DNA of 42,216 nucleotides from a virus. The translations under genes and the position numbers were made by a program. The stretch lies in IMG/VR virus record IMGVR_UViG_3300027858_000002; one strand, 5' to 3'. Of this stretch, positions 1 through 9,420 are shown in pieces; position 1 is the first letter of the stretch; the number at the start of each line of letters is the position of its first letter. The notes under the pieces were generated by a model. The model saw nothing but the letters and a program-made list of their open reading frames with translations. It did no database searches and was not told the origin of the DNA.

Positions 1-99
1 TTCGATTAAAATGTTTTTAGCATGTGCAAGTACGAAACTCGAGCCACCTGTATACGCTGGGAAGTTTGCGTCCCACACGCCACTTTTTATAGTTATATT
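1..99. repeat. Terminal direct repeat, copy 1 (identical to 42118..42216). Overlap left by closing a circular or circularly permuted genome.
   Basis: Bases 1-99 match 42118-42216 letter for letter. A minus-strand ORF stays in frame across the join. Confidence 0.95.
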
Positions 100-666
100 A
101 CCGTTGCCGTTATAGGCTGTCATGCTATCAGTAGACTTTAAATTAAGCAACATCGGACCATTGTGTTGTTTCGTGAATTTAGCACCCACTGAACAAACTA
201 AATGCGTATTCTCCGATATGAACAACGGTGATTCAAGTGTATATTGACCGGCAGGAAATACGATTTTTACGCCATCATAAGTAGCAGCTAAATTAAACAA
301 CTCTTGAATGCCTGGCGCATCATCGGTAGCACCATCAGCTTTAATATTCGGAAAGAATGTCGCTACCACTACATTTTTAACCCTAGCTGCATCAGCTTGT
401 AAATTCCCTATTAAAGTATCACTAGCCGCCAAACGATCAGCTAATACATCAAACTCTGTTCCATCATTTTTAATTCGTGCTTGTAAGACCTCGGCATCAC
501 TTGTCCCATTTTCAATTACGATTCTACTTAATTGACGACTAGTTGATAATGATTGACTGAGTGCTTTTTCAGAGTCGGTTTTTGCTTGATCAATTTGTTC
601 AATCGCATTGTTGACTTTAGAATATGAAGTGTATAAACTTTCTCCTCTTGCAATTTTTTCTACCAC
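1..666 (-). CDS. Tail spike / receptor-binding protein with a pectate-lyase-like parallel beta-helix, N-terminal part. The ORF continues across the circle junction into 42118->40957; the full ORF is 608 aa.
   Basis: GTG at 666 lies 7 nt after AAGGTGG, with an in-frame TAA at 679-681 just upstream. Hand translation gives VVEKIARGESLYTSYSKVNNAIEQIDQAK...NIKADGATDDAPGIQELFNLAATYDGVKIVFPAGQYTL..., which runs in frame into the listed ORF 40957..42195 (GVWDANFPAY). Confidence 0.9.
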   Translation of the reverse strand, partial: MVEKIARGESLYTSYSKVNNAIEQIDQAKTDSEKALSQSLSTSRQLSRIVIENGTSDAEVLQARIKNDGTEFDVLADRLAASDTLIGNLQADAARVKNVVVATFFPNIKADGATDDAPGIQELFNLAATYDGVKIVFPAGQYTLESPLFISENTHLVCSVGAKFTKQHNGPMLLNLKSTDSMTAYNGNGNITIKSGVWDANFPAYTGGSSFVLAHAKNILIE

Positions 667-688
667 CGTACCACCACCTTATTTAATT

Positions 689-1516
689 TTATCCATACCA
701 TTTATCTCTAAAATCGAACGCTAGTTTCATATCTAATCCTGTGCCACCCACTGTTACAGTGTTATCACCTTCTACAAGGTTCATAGTGAGCCAAGAACCT
801 CCGATGCTATTCAAACCATTTACACCGTTTTTTATAGCTACATATTCATCTAATTCAATTAGCCATGCGGTATTCGAGAATGTACCGAGTGTCATCGTTT
901 TTCCGTTAAATTTAATGGTGACATTAGTACCACTACCAGTTATGTGGAGGATAGGCTTCAAATTATTTCCGATGACTTCAACATTCATTGTTCCTGCTGA
1001 CGTAAATGTTTTAGGAACATTCCCCCCAGTACTTTCCCAGGTATAATCCGATGCCCAAGTAACTGTTTTACTGTTCCAGTTAACATTCTCGTTTTTAGCC
1101 ACAGAGAGTGCAAAACCTTCATAACATATCAACGGAAGAGTAAACTTTCCTTCTCTTGCCATTATTCGTTCAATTGGTACATTCCCGGTAACTCGAACGT
1201 TGTAATATTTATCAGGCTCGTACCCAAATTTCAGTTTAAATGTCCGAGGTTTACCGTTTCCATCAAGCAACATGTCTTTCGCTTTGCGTACCATGCGTTG
1301 CAAGTCGTATGGATTACTCGTTTTAATATACAAAGGAATGTTAAACGGAATTGGATCTAAATCCGCGCCAAAATCTAACGCTCCGTTTCTTCCTGCTATC
1401 GTCGTATCACGATCACGAGTACCTGACAATAAAGGGTTAGAGTGACCAGGAGTAAAGAGAAATCCGAGTGTGCGAACGTCTACATCATCGAAAAATACTG
1501 TGTATTCGTTTTGCAT
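689..1516 (-). CDS. Distal tail protein (Dit, siphovirus tail component)
   Basis: 275-aa ORF directly after the tape measure gene, with a TAATG stop/start overlap. The N-terminal pattern (TVFFDDVDVRTLGF...IAGRNGALDFG...FGYEPDKYY) is typical of Sipho_tail-type Dit proteins. Confidence 0.88.
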   Translation of the reverse strand: MQNEYTVFFDDVDVRTLGFLFTPGHSNPLLSGTRDRDTTIAGRNGALDFGADLDPIPFNIPLYIKTSNPYDLQRMVRKAKDMLLDGNGKPRTFKLKFGYEPDKYYNVRVTGNVPIERIMAREGKFTLPLICYEGFALSVAKNENVNWNSKTVTWASDYTWESTGGNVPKTFTSAGTMNVEVIGNNLKPILHITGSGTNVTIKFNGKTMTLGTFSNTAWLIELDEYVAIKNGVNGLNSIGGSWLTMNLVEGDNTVTVGGTGLDMKLAFDFRDKWYG

Positions 1517-3360
1517 TATGCGAACTCTCCTCTCTCTGCTTGTTGCGTAAGTTTGTATAACTCTCTGGCAATCTTTTTAATGTCGGCTTCTTCACGAACA
1601 ATCATATTAGCAACATTAATATCAAACTTACTGCCACTATTTTGAGCATCCATTGTGTCAGAAATCTTTTGTCCGATCATTCCAAGTACAGAACTATTCA
1701 GAGGTAACGCAGCTTCGGGACCAGCTTCACCAAAACCTTGTAAACCCATTGGTGTATTGAATACAGTAGGCTTTGTGAATAGTGCGCCTTTCGCGTTCCA
1801 ATTGATTCCGATAGATGGCATATTCCCAATCCAGTCAAGAGGATTCTTAGACCAGTTTTTTAAGCTGAAGCTAGGAACTTTGATTTTCGGTAAATTTAAC
1901 TTCATTCCACTGAAGAATCCTTTGATTTTATCTACAGCTGCTTTCACTTTGTCTTTAGCTGCATTAATCGGATTCATTATTGCGTTCTTCACTTCATTAA
2001 ATTTCGTTCTAGCTGATGTCACTAGTTCAGCGAATTTACTCACAGCACTCGATTTTAATTCGTTAAATTTGCTAACGGTTCTCGCTACCAATTCCACAAC
2101 TTTTTGAATGACTATATTTTTTATGGTATTAAATACAACAGAAAGGAACGAACCTAACTCTTTTGCTTTGGCAACAATCGTGTCCCAATTCTTCCACAGC
2201 AATACTCCTATTGCTATAAGTGCGCCAATAGCTAGTGCCACAAGGAATATTGGTGACGTTACAAATGCTAGTACCACGCCAAACGCTGTTGTAACTGCTG
2301 TCATAGCTGTGGTCATGGCGATATATATTGGACCTGTTCCCATAGCGAACAATAAAGCCGCATTATATAAAGCAACCGCGCCTGTTATCGCATAGAATGC
2401 TGTAACTCCGCCTGTAAGTCCTAGAATTAATGGTGACCACTTATTAAGAAAGTCCTCAACAGACTGTGCGCCTGACTTTACTTTGTCATCTATTGAAGCA
2501 ATACCATCAATAATTGGTTGTGGATCAAATTCAGCAACCTTCGTAGCTAAATCACCTAGCATTTTCACCGCTGGTTCGAGTACTGGCTCGCCAAATTTCG
2601 CTTTCACATCTTCCCAGGCTTGTTTTAAGTTTCCTAGTTGGTTTGTGTACGAATTAGACTCCCTAGAAGCTTGTCCCGTAGCTCCTGCTGATTTTTGCAT
2701 AGCTTCGGCATATTCAAGACGAGCCACTTGTTTTCCAGCTTCATCTAACTTTTTCCAATCCAAATCAAGTTCTTTGGCAGCATAGGCAGCTAATTGTGTT
2801 TCATTAGCAAATAATCCTATTGATTCACCACCCTCGTAGTTACCTTTAATAAATGAATTCAAAGCCGCGTTAGCATCTTCGAACGATTTATCATAAAATG
2901 CAGCTGCATCGGCGGTTAATGTCACTGCTCGTTCAGCTGTTTCCATCGCTTCAGTCGTGTCCATACCCAAACCTTTGAACATACTTGTCATCATCGACAT
3001 AGCAGGCTTAATTCGGTTAGGTAACATGCCGAAGTTTTTACCCATTTCTTCAATGGTTTTTTGTGCGTCCTTCTGCATATCTCCGAATACTTGTTCAAAT
3101 TGTGCTTTCATGGCCTGAGCGTTCGCTGCTGCTTCAACTAATGGGACTGCCATAGCTGCAATTGCGCCACCTGCAATAACTGCACCGCCTACAATAGCAG
3201 CACCCCAACCAGCCGCGACTTTTACTCCATTACTGAATTTCTTACCTATTCCATCAGCGTTTTTCCCTGTTTTTGCTATTGACCTGTTCGCTTCGTCTGA
3301 ATCAACCATTATGGATCCAAACAGTTTAAATATTTCCAATTTCGCTTTCACCTCCGACAC
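1516..3360 (-). CDS. Tail tape measure protein
   Basis: 614-aa ORF following the chaperone pair. It has Ala/Gly-rich hydrophobic blocks and long helical regions. The start is uncertain: GTG 3360, or in-frame TTG 3339 lying 9 nt after GGAGGTG. Confidence 0.92.
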   Translation of the reverse strand: MSEVKAKLEIFKLFGSIMVDSDEANRSIAKTGKNADGIGKKFSNGVKVAAGWGAAIVGGAVIAGGAIAAMAVPLVEAAANAQAMKAQFEQVFGDMQKDAQKTIEEMGKNFGMLPNRIKPAMSMMTSMFKGLGMDTTEAMETAERAVTLTADAAAFYDKSFEDANAALNSFIKGNYEGGESIGLFANETQLAAYAAKELDLDWKKLDEAGKQVARLEYAEAMQKSAGATGQASRESNSYTNQLGNLKQAWEDVKAKFGEPVLEPAVKMLGDLATKVAEFDPQPIIDGIASIDDKVKSGAQSVEDFLNKWSPLILGLTGGVTAFYAITGAVALYNAALLFAMGTGPIYIAMTTAMTAVTTAFGVVLAFVTSPIFLVALAIGALIAIGVLLWKNWDTIVAKAKELGSFLSVVFNTIKNIVIQKVVELVARTVSKFNELKSSAVSKFAELVTSARTKFNEVKNAIMNPINAAKDKVKAAVDKIKGFFSGMKLNLPKIKVPSFSLKNWSKNPLDWIGNMPSIGINWNAKGALFTKPTVFNTPMGLQGFGEAGPEAALPLNSSVLGMIGQKISDTMDAQNSGSKFDINVANMIVREEADIKKIARELYKLTQQAERGEFA

Positions 3361-3664
3361 TGTGGGAGTTCATCATTGCTCTTACATCTGCAAGTATTTG
3401 TTCGGATGTCTTTTCTTCCACAACCCCTTGTTTCTTCTGCGGAGTATAGAATTTATCGAACGGCATAAACGTTTCTTTTGTATAATTCGGATAGACAGCG
3501 ACGTATAACTGATACGCTTTTTCTTCATTACTCTTTTTGTTTGCTTCAGCGAGTAACCGCCCTATCTGTCTAATTTTCGTCTTCATGATGAAATCCAATG
3601 AGTAATGTTTGTGAAACAACATCAAGGATTCCTCATAACCCACTAGACAGACTGATTGAAAAAA
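3326..3664 (-). CDS. Tail assembly chaperone, -1 frameshift extension (T part of a G/GT pair)
   Basis: The -1 frame is open from the slippery heptamer at 3658-3664 to TAA at 3326. There is no SD of its own, and it overlaps the tape measure start as in other siphoviruses. Confidence 0.75.
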   Translation of the reverse strand, partial: FFQSVCLVGYEESLMLFHKHYSLDFIMKTKIRQIGRLLAEANKKSNEEKAYQLYVAVYPNYTKETFMPFDKFYTPQKKQGVVEEKTSEQILADVRAMMNSHSVGGESEIGNI

Positions 3665-3987
3665 TCCATTAATTCTTTATTTTTTATAATCGCTTTAACG
3701 GATGCCATCGTTTTAACTAAAGACTGAGACTTTACTTCTTCCACACTCTTACTCTCGAATATGGAAACAACCTCAAAAAATGCATCTTTAGCCTTTGGAG
3801 AGTTCTTCAAGATGTAAGCAATTAGGTTAGCACCAGCGACTTTCTTCGCCACCTCTGAATCTTCGCCTTCTTCAGCTTTAAAAACGTTGTTTGCTAGGTA
3901 TTCTTTGATATTTAAGTTGGTGTATATATCAGCAGCGTGTGGCAGCATATCAAATGCTTGTTCTGTAGAGAAAGTTGGTGTTGTCAT
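3643..3987 (-). CDS. Tail assembly chaperone (G-like)
   Basis: ATG at 3987 lies 6 nt after GGAGG and gives MTTPTFSTEQ.... The longer listed ORF (to 4029) has no SD. It sits between the major tail and tape measure genes. Confidence 0.85.
   Translation of the reverse strand: MTTPTFSTEQAFDMLPHAADIYTNLNIKEYLANNVFKAEEGEDSEVAKKVAGANLIAYILKNSPKAKDAFFEVVSIFESKSVEEVKSQSLVKTMASVKAIIKNKELMDFFNQSV
3658..3664 (-). promoter_or_regulatory. Programmed -1 ribosomal frameshift slippery heptamer T_TTT_TTC
   Basis: The minus strand reads GAT TTT TTC AAT in the chaperone frame. After a -1 slip the frame reads FFQSVCLVGYEES... with no stop. Confidence 0.7.
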
Positions 3988-4007
3988 AGTTGTCCTCCGA
4001 TTTTTAA

Positions 4008-4038
4008 TAAAATAAAAAAGCACCCTCAACGGATGCTT
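4008..4038 (-). terminator. Intrinsic terminator/attenuator after the major tail gene
   Basis: Minus-strand RNA AAGCAUCC-GUUGA-GGGUGCUU followed by UUUUAUUUUAUU. Confidence 0.6.
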
Positions 4039-4045
4039 AAATTGT

Positions 4046-4642
4046 TTATGGTGTAACTACTGTTTTTGGATAGAAGATTGCAAATGGTGGTGAATCTAAA
4101 TCCTCTACATCGTAGTGGCCAACGAACTCCATAGCAATTACAGCTTCACCTTTATCTTGTGTTTGTAATTTCAATCCTGATGTATTCAAAGCGTTATAAA
4201 CCTGGATTATAACTGGATCAGTTGCACCCGTTTTTTTACCCACATACGTGATGTTGTCGATGTAATCCGTCAACTCAATGTCGTTTTTCGCTTTGATGAT
4301 GTCATACTTAGGATCTGTAGTTGTATCGACCTCACTTGAAGTCAATGCTCTTTGTAATCCCTCTTTTGTAATTTCAAGGACGTTAGCCACTAGTTTAACT
4401 TCCCATGAATCAATTACCTGTAAACCTTTCGCTACACCCTTCACGCCATCTACTTCTATTGGTCGCATTTCAGGTGTTGCTTCAAATTCGCCACCACCAC
4501 GGGTTGCCCCTAGTAATTTACCTGCGAGAACTGCCGTATCGAATGTGTCTGTACCGACATTAAAGTTTACAAAAAATGCTCCTGCATCAAGCAAAAGATT
4601 TTCTGCTGTTTTTGCTGTATAACCACTGAATACTTTAGCCAT
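4046..4642 (-). CDS. Major tail protein
   Basis: 198-aa ORF with AGGAGG 9 nt upstream of the ATG. Position is between the tail completion gene and the chaperones. Confidence 0.88.
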   Translation of the reverse strand: MAKVFSGYTAKTAENLLLDAGAFFVNFNVGTDTFDTAVLAGKLLGATRGGGEFEATPEMRPIEVDGVKGVAKGLQVIDSWEVKLVANVLEITKEGLQRALTSSEVDTTTDPKYDIIKAKNDIELTDYIDNITYVGKKTGATDPVIIQVYNALNTSGLKLQTQDKGEAVIAMEFVGHYDVEDLDSPPFAIFYPKTVVTP

Positions 4643-4657
4643 TTATGAAATCCTCCT

Positions 4658-5035
4658 TTAATCTAATAACGTTCTATCAAAATAACGTAGTTGGAAAATT
4701 AATTTTCTCCGTCGAATACCGATTTCTGTTTCATCTAGTTCGGGAATACGATTTTCACGATAAATACTGAATTGAATTTCATCATCCGAATAACGATAAT
4801 GGTGTAATTCCTTCCACAGTTTTGATGCTAATGATTCTAATTCTGTTGTGTCCGTTCGATTGTCCCAAATATCAATGTCCAAAGAAAAAATCTCCTGTTC
4901 CTCATTGGTGAATGAGTTTGGGAGATTAAGGACGATGTATGGGAATGTTGCTGTAGTTGGTGCTACTTGATAATGAACCTGTGGATGATATAACTTGAGC
5001 AAGTTCCTTAAATGTGTTCTAAGTCTTTCCATCAT
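4658..5035 (-). CDS. Tail completion/terminator-type head-tail joining protein
   Basis: 125-aa ORF overlapping the upstream stop, in the connector gene block. Confidence 0.75.
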   Translation of the reverse strand: MMERLRTHLRNLLKLYHPQVHYQVAPTTATFPYIVLNLPNSFTNEEQEIFSLDIDIWDNRTDTTELESLASKLWKELHHYRYSDDEIQFSIYRENRIPELDETEIGIRRRKLIFQLRYFDRTLLD

Positions 5036-5484
5036 TCTTCACCCTTCGGACTTTCATATTCAGATTCACTCGTTCCACCAAGAGAAGGTTTTTCATTTGA
5101 AATCCCACTCAAATATTGTGATTGAATTTTTATGATCTCATCAATGTTATTGAAAACTATTTTCCTTAGTAGCCCACGAGCAGGAGAACCATGTGTTCCT
5201 AATTCGCTTCTAGCACCATACCAGGAATCATGCTTGAATCCGATTTGCAAATCAGCATCACGTCTGCGAACCCAATACTGTGTGGAAGTGAAAATACGTT
5301 TAGAACGTTTCATACCAGGTAACTTTTTCAACTCAATGATCATTTTCTTGCGAATCAACTTGGCCACATCTCTCAACGCGGCACGAGTCAATTCTTGAAT
5401 TGTATAATTAACCGCATCCACATTAGATGTGAAGGTGACTCCACCTTTTCTATCAATCTTTGTGACGCTTCTAGGTAGTGGCAA
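5032..5484 (-). CDS. HK97 gp10-like head-tail joining protein
   Basis: 150-aa ORF with a TTG start 6 nt after AGAGGTGA. Assignment rests on size and position. Confidence 0.8.
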   Translation of the reverse strand: MPLPRSVTKIDRKGGVTFTSNVDAVNYTIQELTRAALRDVAKLIRKKMIIELKKLPGMKRSKRIFTSTQYWVRRRDADLQIGFKHDSWYGARSELGTHGSPARGLLRKIVFNNIDEIIKIQSQYLSGISNEKPSLGGTSESEYESPKGEE

Positions 5485-5833
5485 TGTCCATCACCTCTTT
5501 AGCCATAATGGTTAGAGTCTTATCCAACTCGTCATCATTAATAGGTGGAGCAATGATTTCAAAAGTGCGCCCTTTATATACAATCCTCATATCATTGGTT
5601 AATCCAGTGGTGTACCTGGTAACAAAACGAACCGTATTTTCACCTTGAACAGCAGCAGCTTGAATATATTCTCTACCTTTTGTGGTTTTCACCATAGCCC
5701 ACATGACTTTTACATCAACCCAATCCGTTACAGTGTCGCCCATTGCGTTTTCTGTCTCTTGATTGAGTTGAAATGTGATTTTCTTGTTAAATCTCCCCGA
5801 ATGATACTCAGGATTGTACTTAAACGGTTGCAT
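5471..5833 (-). CDS. Head closure / head-tail adaptor protein (SPP1 gp16-type)
   Basis: ATG at 5833 lies 5 nt after AGGTGA. The C-terminal pattern RIVYKGRTFEI...LTIMAKE is typical of this adaptor family. Confidence 0.82.
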   Translation of the reverse strand: MQPFKYNPEYHSGRFNKKITFQLNQETENAMGDTVTDWVDVKVMWAMVKTTKGREYIQAAAVQGENTVRFVTRYTTGLTNDMRIVYKGRTFEIIAPPINDDELDKTLTIMAKEVMDIATT

Positions 5834-6125
5834 CAGCTTCACCTACTGGCAAAATGATTTCATCAAGAGCTTTAGCAACACCGAGATTGTTGATTTGGTT
5901 GAGGAAATTCGTATTAAAATACTCCAACGCATCATTATAGACATACCGAGAACGCTCAAAGACTAACTCCTTGAACGCTTCATCGGTATTGATGTCATAA
6001 TCACCGCAAATCCTCACTAAATCGGCATTAGACGCAGAAAGGATGCGCTTTAGGTTGTCGTCTTCATCATCCCCTAAGTGCATCCGATCTTTAAATTCTT
6101 GTAATGTACCAGGAGTAACAATCAT
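5820..6125 (-). CDS. gp6-like head-tail connector protein
   Basis: 101-aa ORF with AAGGAG 9 nt upstream. Position is after the capsid gene. Confidence 0.8.
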   Translation of the reverse strand: MIVTPGTLQEFKDRMHLGDDEDDNLKRILSASNADLVRICGDYDINTDEAFKELVFERSRYVYNDALEYFNTNFLNQINNLGVAKALDEIILPVGEADATV

Positions 6126-6131
6126 TCAACG

Positions 6132-6338
6132 TCACTCCTTGTTTGCAGCTGGTTTTGACTTGCTTTTTTGTTTTTCTTCTTCAATAAAGATGTATTTGTA
6201 CCTTGGATGTACTTTAGATAAATCATCAATACGTTTCTTAGTGGGTTTAAAGTTCCCTTTCGGAAACTCGTCACCTATCTCATAAACTGTATTGTTATCT
6301 TCCACATCTGTGAATCTATTAATCACTTTGTATTTCAT
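6132..6338 (-). CDS. Hypothetical small Lys-rich protein between capsid and connector genes
   Basis: 68-aa ORF with AAAGGAGG upstream. Confidence 0.7.
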   Translation of the reverse strand: MKYKVINRFTDVEDNNTVYEIGDEFPKGNFKPTKKRIDDLSKVHPRYKYIFIEEEKQKSKSKPAANKE

Positions 6339-6358
6339 TTTTAATAACCTCCTTTAGA

Positions 6359-7501
6359 TTAGACTGCTGGAGTGAAAGAAATATTCAAGTCATACACCAA
6401 TGCAGCTTTGTTGTCTTTTGGTTTACCATTAGCAAACTGTTTGATTGTGTAAAGAGTTGCATCTTCGATAGCAAGAGTTTGATCGAATTTTTTAAGTTTG
6501 TAACCACCTGCAAGGATTGCGATATACTCACCTTTAACAAAGAAGATAGCTTTGCTCGTTGGTACTTCTTCAGACTCAACAACTTGAACGTTATAAGGTA
6601 ATGCCATAACCCATTGACCGTTAGCAGTTTGAATTGTGTTTCGTGCTTGAACCCCAACAGCATCCACAGGATTCACAACCATCACGACTTTATTCAATAC
6701 TTTTCGTGACTTGCCATCAGCATCAGTAGATAACGCGCTTACTACGTTATAAAGTTCTCCTGAAACAACCTCACCATATTGAGAAGGTGCGAATGTTAAT
6801 GTTCCTGAAGATACTTTGTCCGTTACTGCACTTGTAGCAGGATCAACATTTTTCAACAATCCGATTGGTTGGTTAGCACCAGTACCGTTAACGAATCCGA
6901 ATTCTAAACCAGTAGAATATGATTCTACCAACAATGTGCGAACATAACGTTCAACCCATACTGGACCAAGTTCCAACATGTCGTTAGGGATAACTGCAAA
7001 TGCTGTTAACTTGAATTGTCCGATTGACTCCTCACTGAATGCTGCGTTAATTTGTCCAGCGATAGGTCCGAATAATGGCCCCCATGCATATGCTTTAGTT
7101 GCATCAGCGTAGATGTAACGAGTAACCGCCCCTAAATCTTGTAAACCTAATGCTTCAAGTAATGGGTGTTCTTGTACTAAGTCCTCAAACACGCGCTCTT
7201 GAGTCGTTACAGGAAGGATTGAATCGTCTTTAAATCCACCTTCTAAAACCGCAACATTGAAGAACTTAGTTTCTTCAGACGTTAAAACATTTTGACCGCG
7301 TTGTTGAAGAATAGAACGATCTAACATTTCGTCATTTACTTGTGAACGTACCGCGTTAGCTACCTCAGTTTGTAGTGTATCAAAGTAGTTACCAAACGCT
7401 TGAGTCTGTTCTTGTTCTGTTGCACCTTCTTTAGCTAGTACCGAAGTTAAAGCTGTTTTTGCATTTTGAAACGCTTCTGATTTGTTGAATTTAATCGTCA
7501 T
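6359..7501 (-). CDS. Major capsid protein, HK97-fold family
   Basis: 380-aa ORF directly after a ClpP-type prohead protease, with a GGAGG SD. Confidence 0.93.
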   Translation of the reverse strand: MTIKFNKSEAFQNAKTALTSVLAKEGATEQEQTQAFGNYFDTLQTEVANAVRSQVNDEMLDRSILQQRGQNVLTSEETKFFNVAVLEGGFKDDSILPVTTQERVFEDLVQEHPLLEALGLQDLGAVTRYIYADATKAYAWGPLFGPIAGQINAAFSEESIGQFKLTAFAVIPNDMLELGPVWVERYVRTLLVESYSTGLEFGFVNGTGANQPIGLLKNVDPATSAVTDKVSSGTLTFAPSQYGEVVSGELYNVVSALSTDADGKSRKVLNKVVMVVNPVDAVGVQARNTIQTANGQWVMALPYNVQVVESEEVPTSKAIFFVKGEYIAILAGGYKLKKFDQTLAIEDATLYTIKQFANGKPKDNKAALVYDLNISFTPAV

Positions 7502-7522
7502 TGTTTGTTTCCTCCAATTTTT

Positions 7523-8260
7523 TTAGATATTCAAAAAAGCCTTACGAGCGCTGTTTTCTTTAACAGGTGTAGGCTTCTCTGATTCCGTAGTTTTTAGTTG
7601 TTGTAATTCATTTTGCATTGCTTGTACCCGACTTCGTAGATTAACGATTTCAGGACTTTCTTCCATAGGCTGAGTAGCAGTTGATGTAGCAAAACCAATA
7701 GTGACAGCTTCATTTGCGGAAAACCACGTTTCGTTGTCAACCATGTTTTTGATTTCCTCACGTTCGATATTCGCTTTTGTCATATAGATGTCGATAAGAC
7801 CATCTTCAAGCTTCTCAAGCAAATCAGCTTCTTTTCGGAATCCGTTTTTCGTACCCCAAACGATTGTGCTTGCTTCGTGTATCATGATCATTGAACCTGC
7901 ACCCATGATTAAATCATCAGCAGCCATAGCAATTACTGAAGCCGCAGAACACGCCCATCCATCAACATGTATTGTCTTTTTACCTGGATGATTTTTTAAT
8001 CGGTTATAAATAGCGATTCCGTCAAACGCATCTCCACCAGGTGAGTTTAGGTGAATGACTAAATCATTAGAACCTACTGTTTTTAAAGCATTATCAATAT
8101 CCGCTGCAGATGTGGAATCATCCCACCACGAATCACCAATGACTCCATAAATCGTTAATGTTGATTCATTCTTTTCTTCGTCATGAACAACTCCGAAATT
8201 GTGAGGAATGCTTTTTAATTGCTCTACATACTTTTCGTTTTTGAATTTTAGGAATCTCAC
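7523..8260 (-). CDS. Prohead serine protease, ClpP-like (S14)
   Basis: Motifs NSPGGDAFDG, GWACSAAS (Ser) and MIMIHEA (His). The C-terminal helical region is scaffold-like. Confidence 0.93.
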   Translation of the reverse strand: MRFLKFKNEKYVEQLKSIPHNFGVVHDEEKNESTLTIYGVIGDSWWDDSTSAADIDNALKTVGSNDLVIHLNSPGGDAFDGIAIYNRLKNHPGKKTIHVDGWACSAASVIAMAADDLIMGAGSMIMIHEASTIVWGTKNGFRKEADLLEKLEDGLIDIYMTKANIEREEIKNMVDNETWFSANEAVTIGFATSTATQPMEESPEIVNLRSRVQAMQNELQQLKTTESEKPTPVKENSARKAFLNI

Positions 8261-8262
8261 TC

Positions 8263-9399
8263 TTATTTCTCACCACCTTTCGAAGTGTCTGTTGTTTCAT
8301 AGTTCTTCGTTACCATATGCTTGTCCAACATCGGATCGTCTGAAGCTTCTTCACCAAGAGCCAAACGGATTTGATTAGCCGTAAACACACTAGATGAAAC
8401 CAACTTATCAATGGCTGTCGCCAAGTCGAACATGTTGTTATACGAAATACTCTTCGTTTCAATTCGATTACCTGCGAGATATTCTTCTTGGTCAAAAAAC
8501 TTAGCGTTTGCTTCGTCTTTCACTTTCTTCAATAACGCTTCAACAGTGAACATCATATAGTTCTTCGTGTTCTTCTCTACATCTGCCATATCTCCGTATA
8601 ACAAACTGACTGGAATACCTATAGCCATCGCCACTTGATTAAGGAAGCCATTCGTTACCTTATTGATTTCGTCCACACTTTGACCGACCGAACCACCCTG
8701 AGAGGTTTCTTTGTACTCAAAGCCCTTCTGTTGCGGAATAATCGCAACGTCTTTTAAATCAACAGCCTTATACATGTTATTAATGAACTCTTGTAACTTC
8801 GCTTGATGTTCTTGACTCTTAGCAGAAATCATATCCATATCCACCGTTGCTCGTATCTGATTCTTACGCTTTTGCGAACTCAAAATACGTCCAAACAAAT
8901 CACCATAATCAGTAAATAAACTATCAATCAATGGAACTAATTTTCCGTTAGCATATCGAATGTGGATGACTTCGCTTTGTTTAAATGATCGTTTGAATTC
9001 AAATTCCTTGACGACAACGTTTGAAAAATAATCTCCCAAGACTGCGTACTCATTGTGAACGAAGCTATCAGCGATTAACAAATCACCATCGTCAGCTTGA
9101 ATAATCAAACATTCGTTTTCGTAAATACACTTATTAACGAACGTCCCCCAAAATGTACTAGCTGTTTGATTCTTATTCGGTCTGACGTTTAAACGATAGT
9201 ACAATTCGTTTTTTTCATATGCCTTGCCGTTCTTTACTCTAAATTCTGTTTGGCTAATCGTTCGACCTAAGAACGCTGCACACGTGTCGATCGCTAACCG
9301 TTTCATATGCGTTCTTGTGGATTGATCCACAAACATTTCAACATCAAACATGAAGCCCAGTTCGCTATTTCTTTTGAATACTGCATCTAAGAAACCCAC
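8263..9399 (-). CDS. Portal protein (HK97-type)
   Basis: 378-aa ORF between TerL and the protease, with a GTG start after AGGAGGTG. Confidence 0.92.
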   Translation of the reverse strand: MGFLDAVFKRNSELGFMFDVEMFVDQSTRTHMKRLAIDTCAAFLGRTISQTEFRVKNGKAYEKNELYYRLNVRPNKNQTASTFWGTFVNKCIYENECLIIQADDGDLLIADSFVHNEYAVLGDYFSNVVVKEFEFKRSFKQSEVIHIRYANGKLVPLIDSLFTDYGDLFGRILSSQKRKNQIRATVDMDMISAKSQEHQAKLQEFINNMYKAVDLKDVAIIPQQKGFEYKETSQGGSVGQSVDEINKVTNGFLNQVAMAIGIPVSLLYGDMADVEKNTKNYMMFTVEALLKKVKDEANAKFFDQEEYLAGNRIETKSISYNNMFDLATAIDKLVSSSVFTANQIRLALGEEASDDPMLDKHMVTKNYETTDTSKGGEK

Positions 9400-9420
9400 T
9401 ATTTATTTTCACCTCCTTTT

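Noticed and set aside
3988-4029. 5' extensions of listed ORFs: 3643..4029, 33217..33582, 21829..22659, 22842..23048 and 35343..35657
   Set aside because: In each case an internal ATG is preceded by a good SD at 5-9 nt. The extension either covers a promoter or terminator or overlaps the upstream gene, and it encodes implausible hydrophobic or basic junk.
6385-6663. Same-strand out-of-frame ORFs nested inside large genes: 6385..6663, 8310..8495, 18531..18767, 34369..34551 and 38537..38722
   Set aside because: They are embedded in the capsid, portal, primase, endolysin and fibre genes. They have no SD and no recognisable sequence features, and overlapping-frame ORFs of this length are expected by chance.
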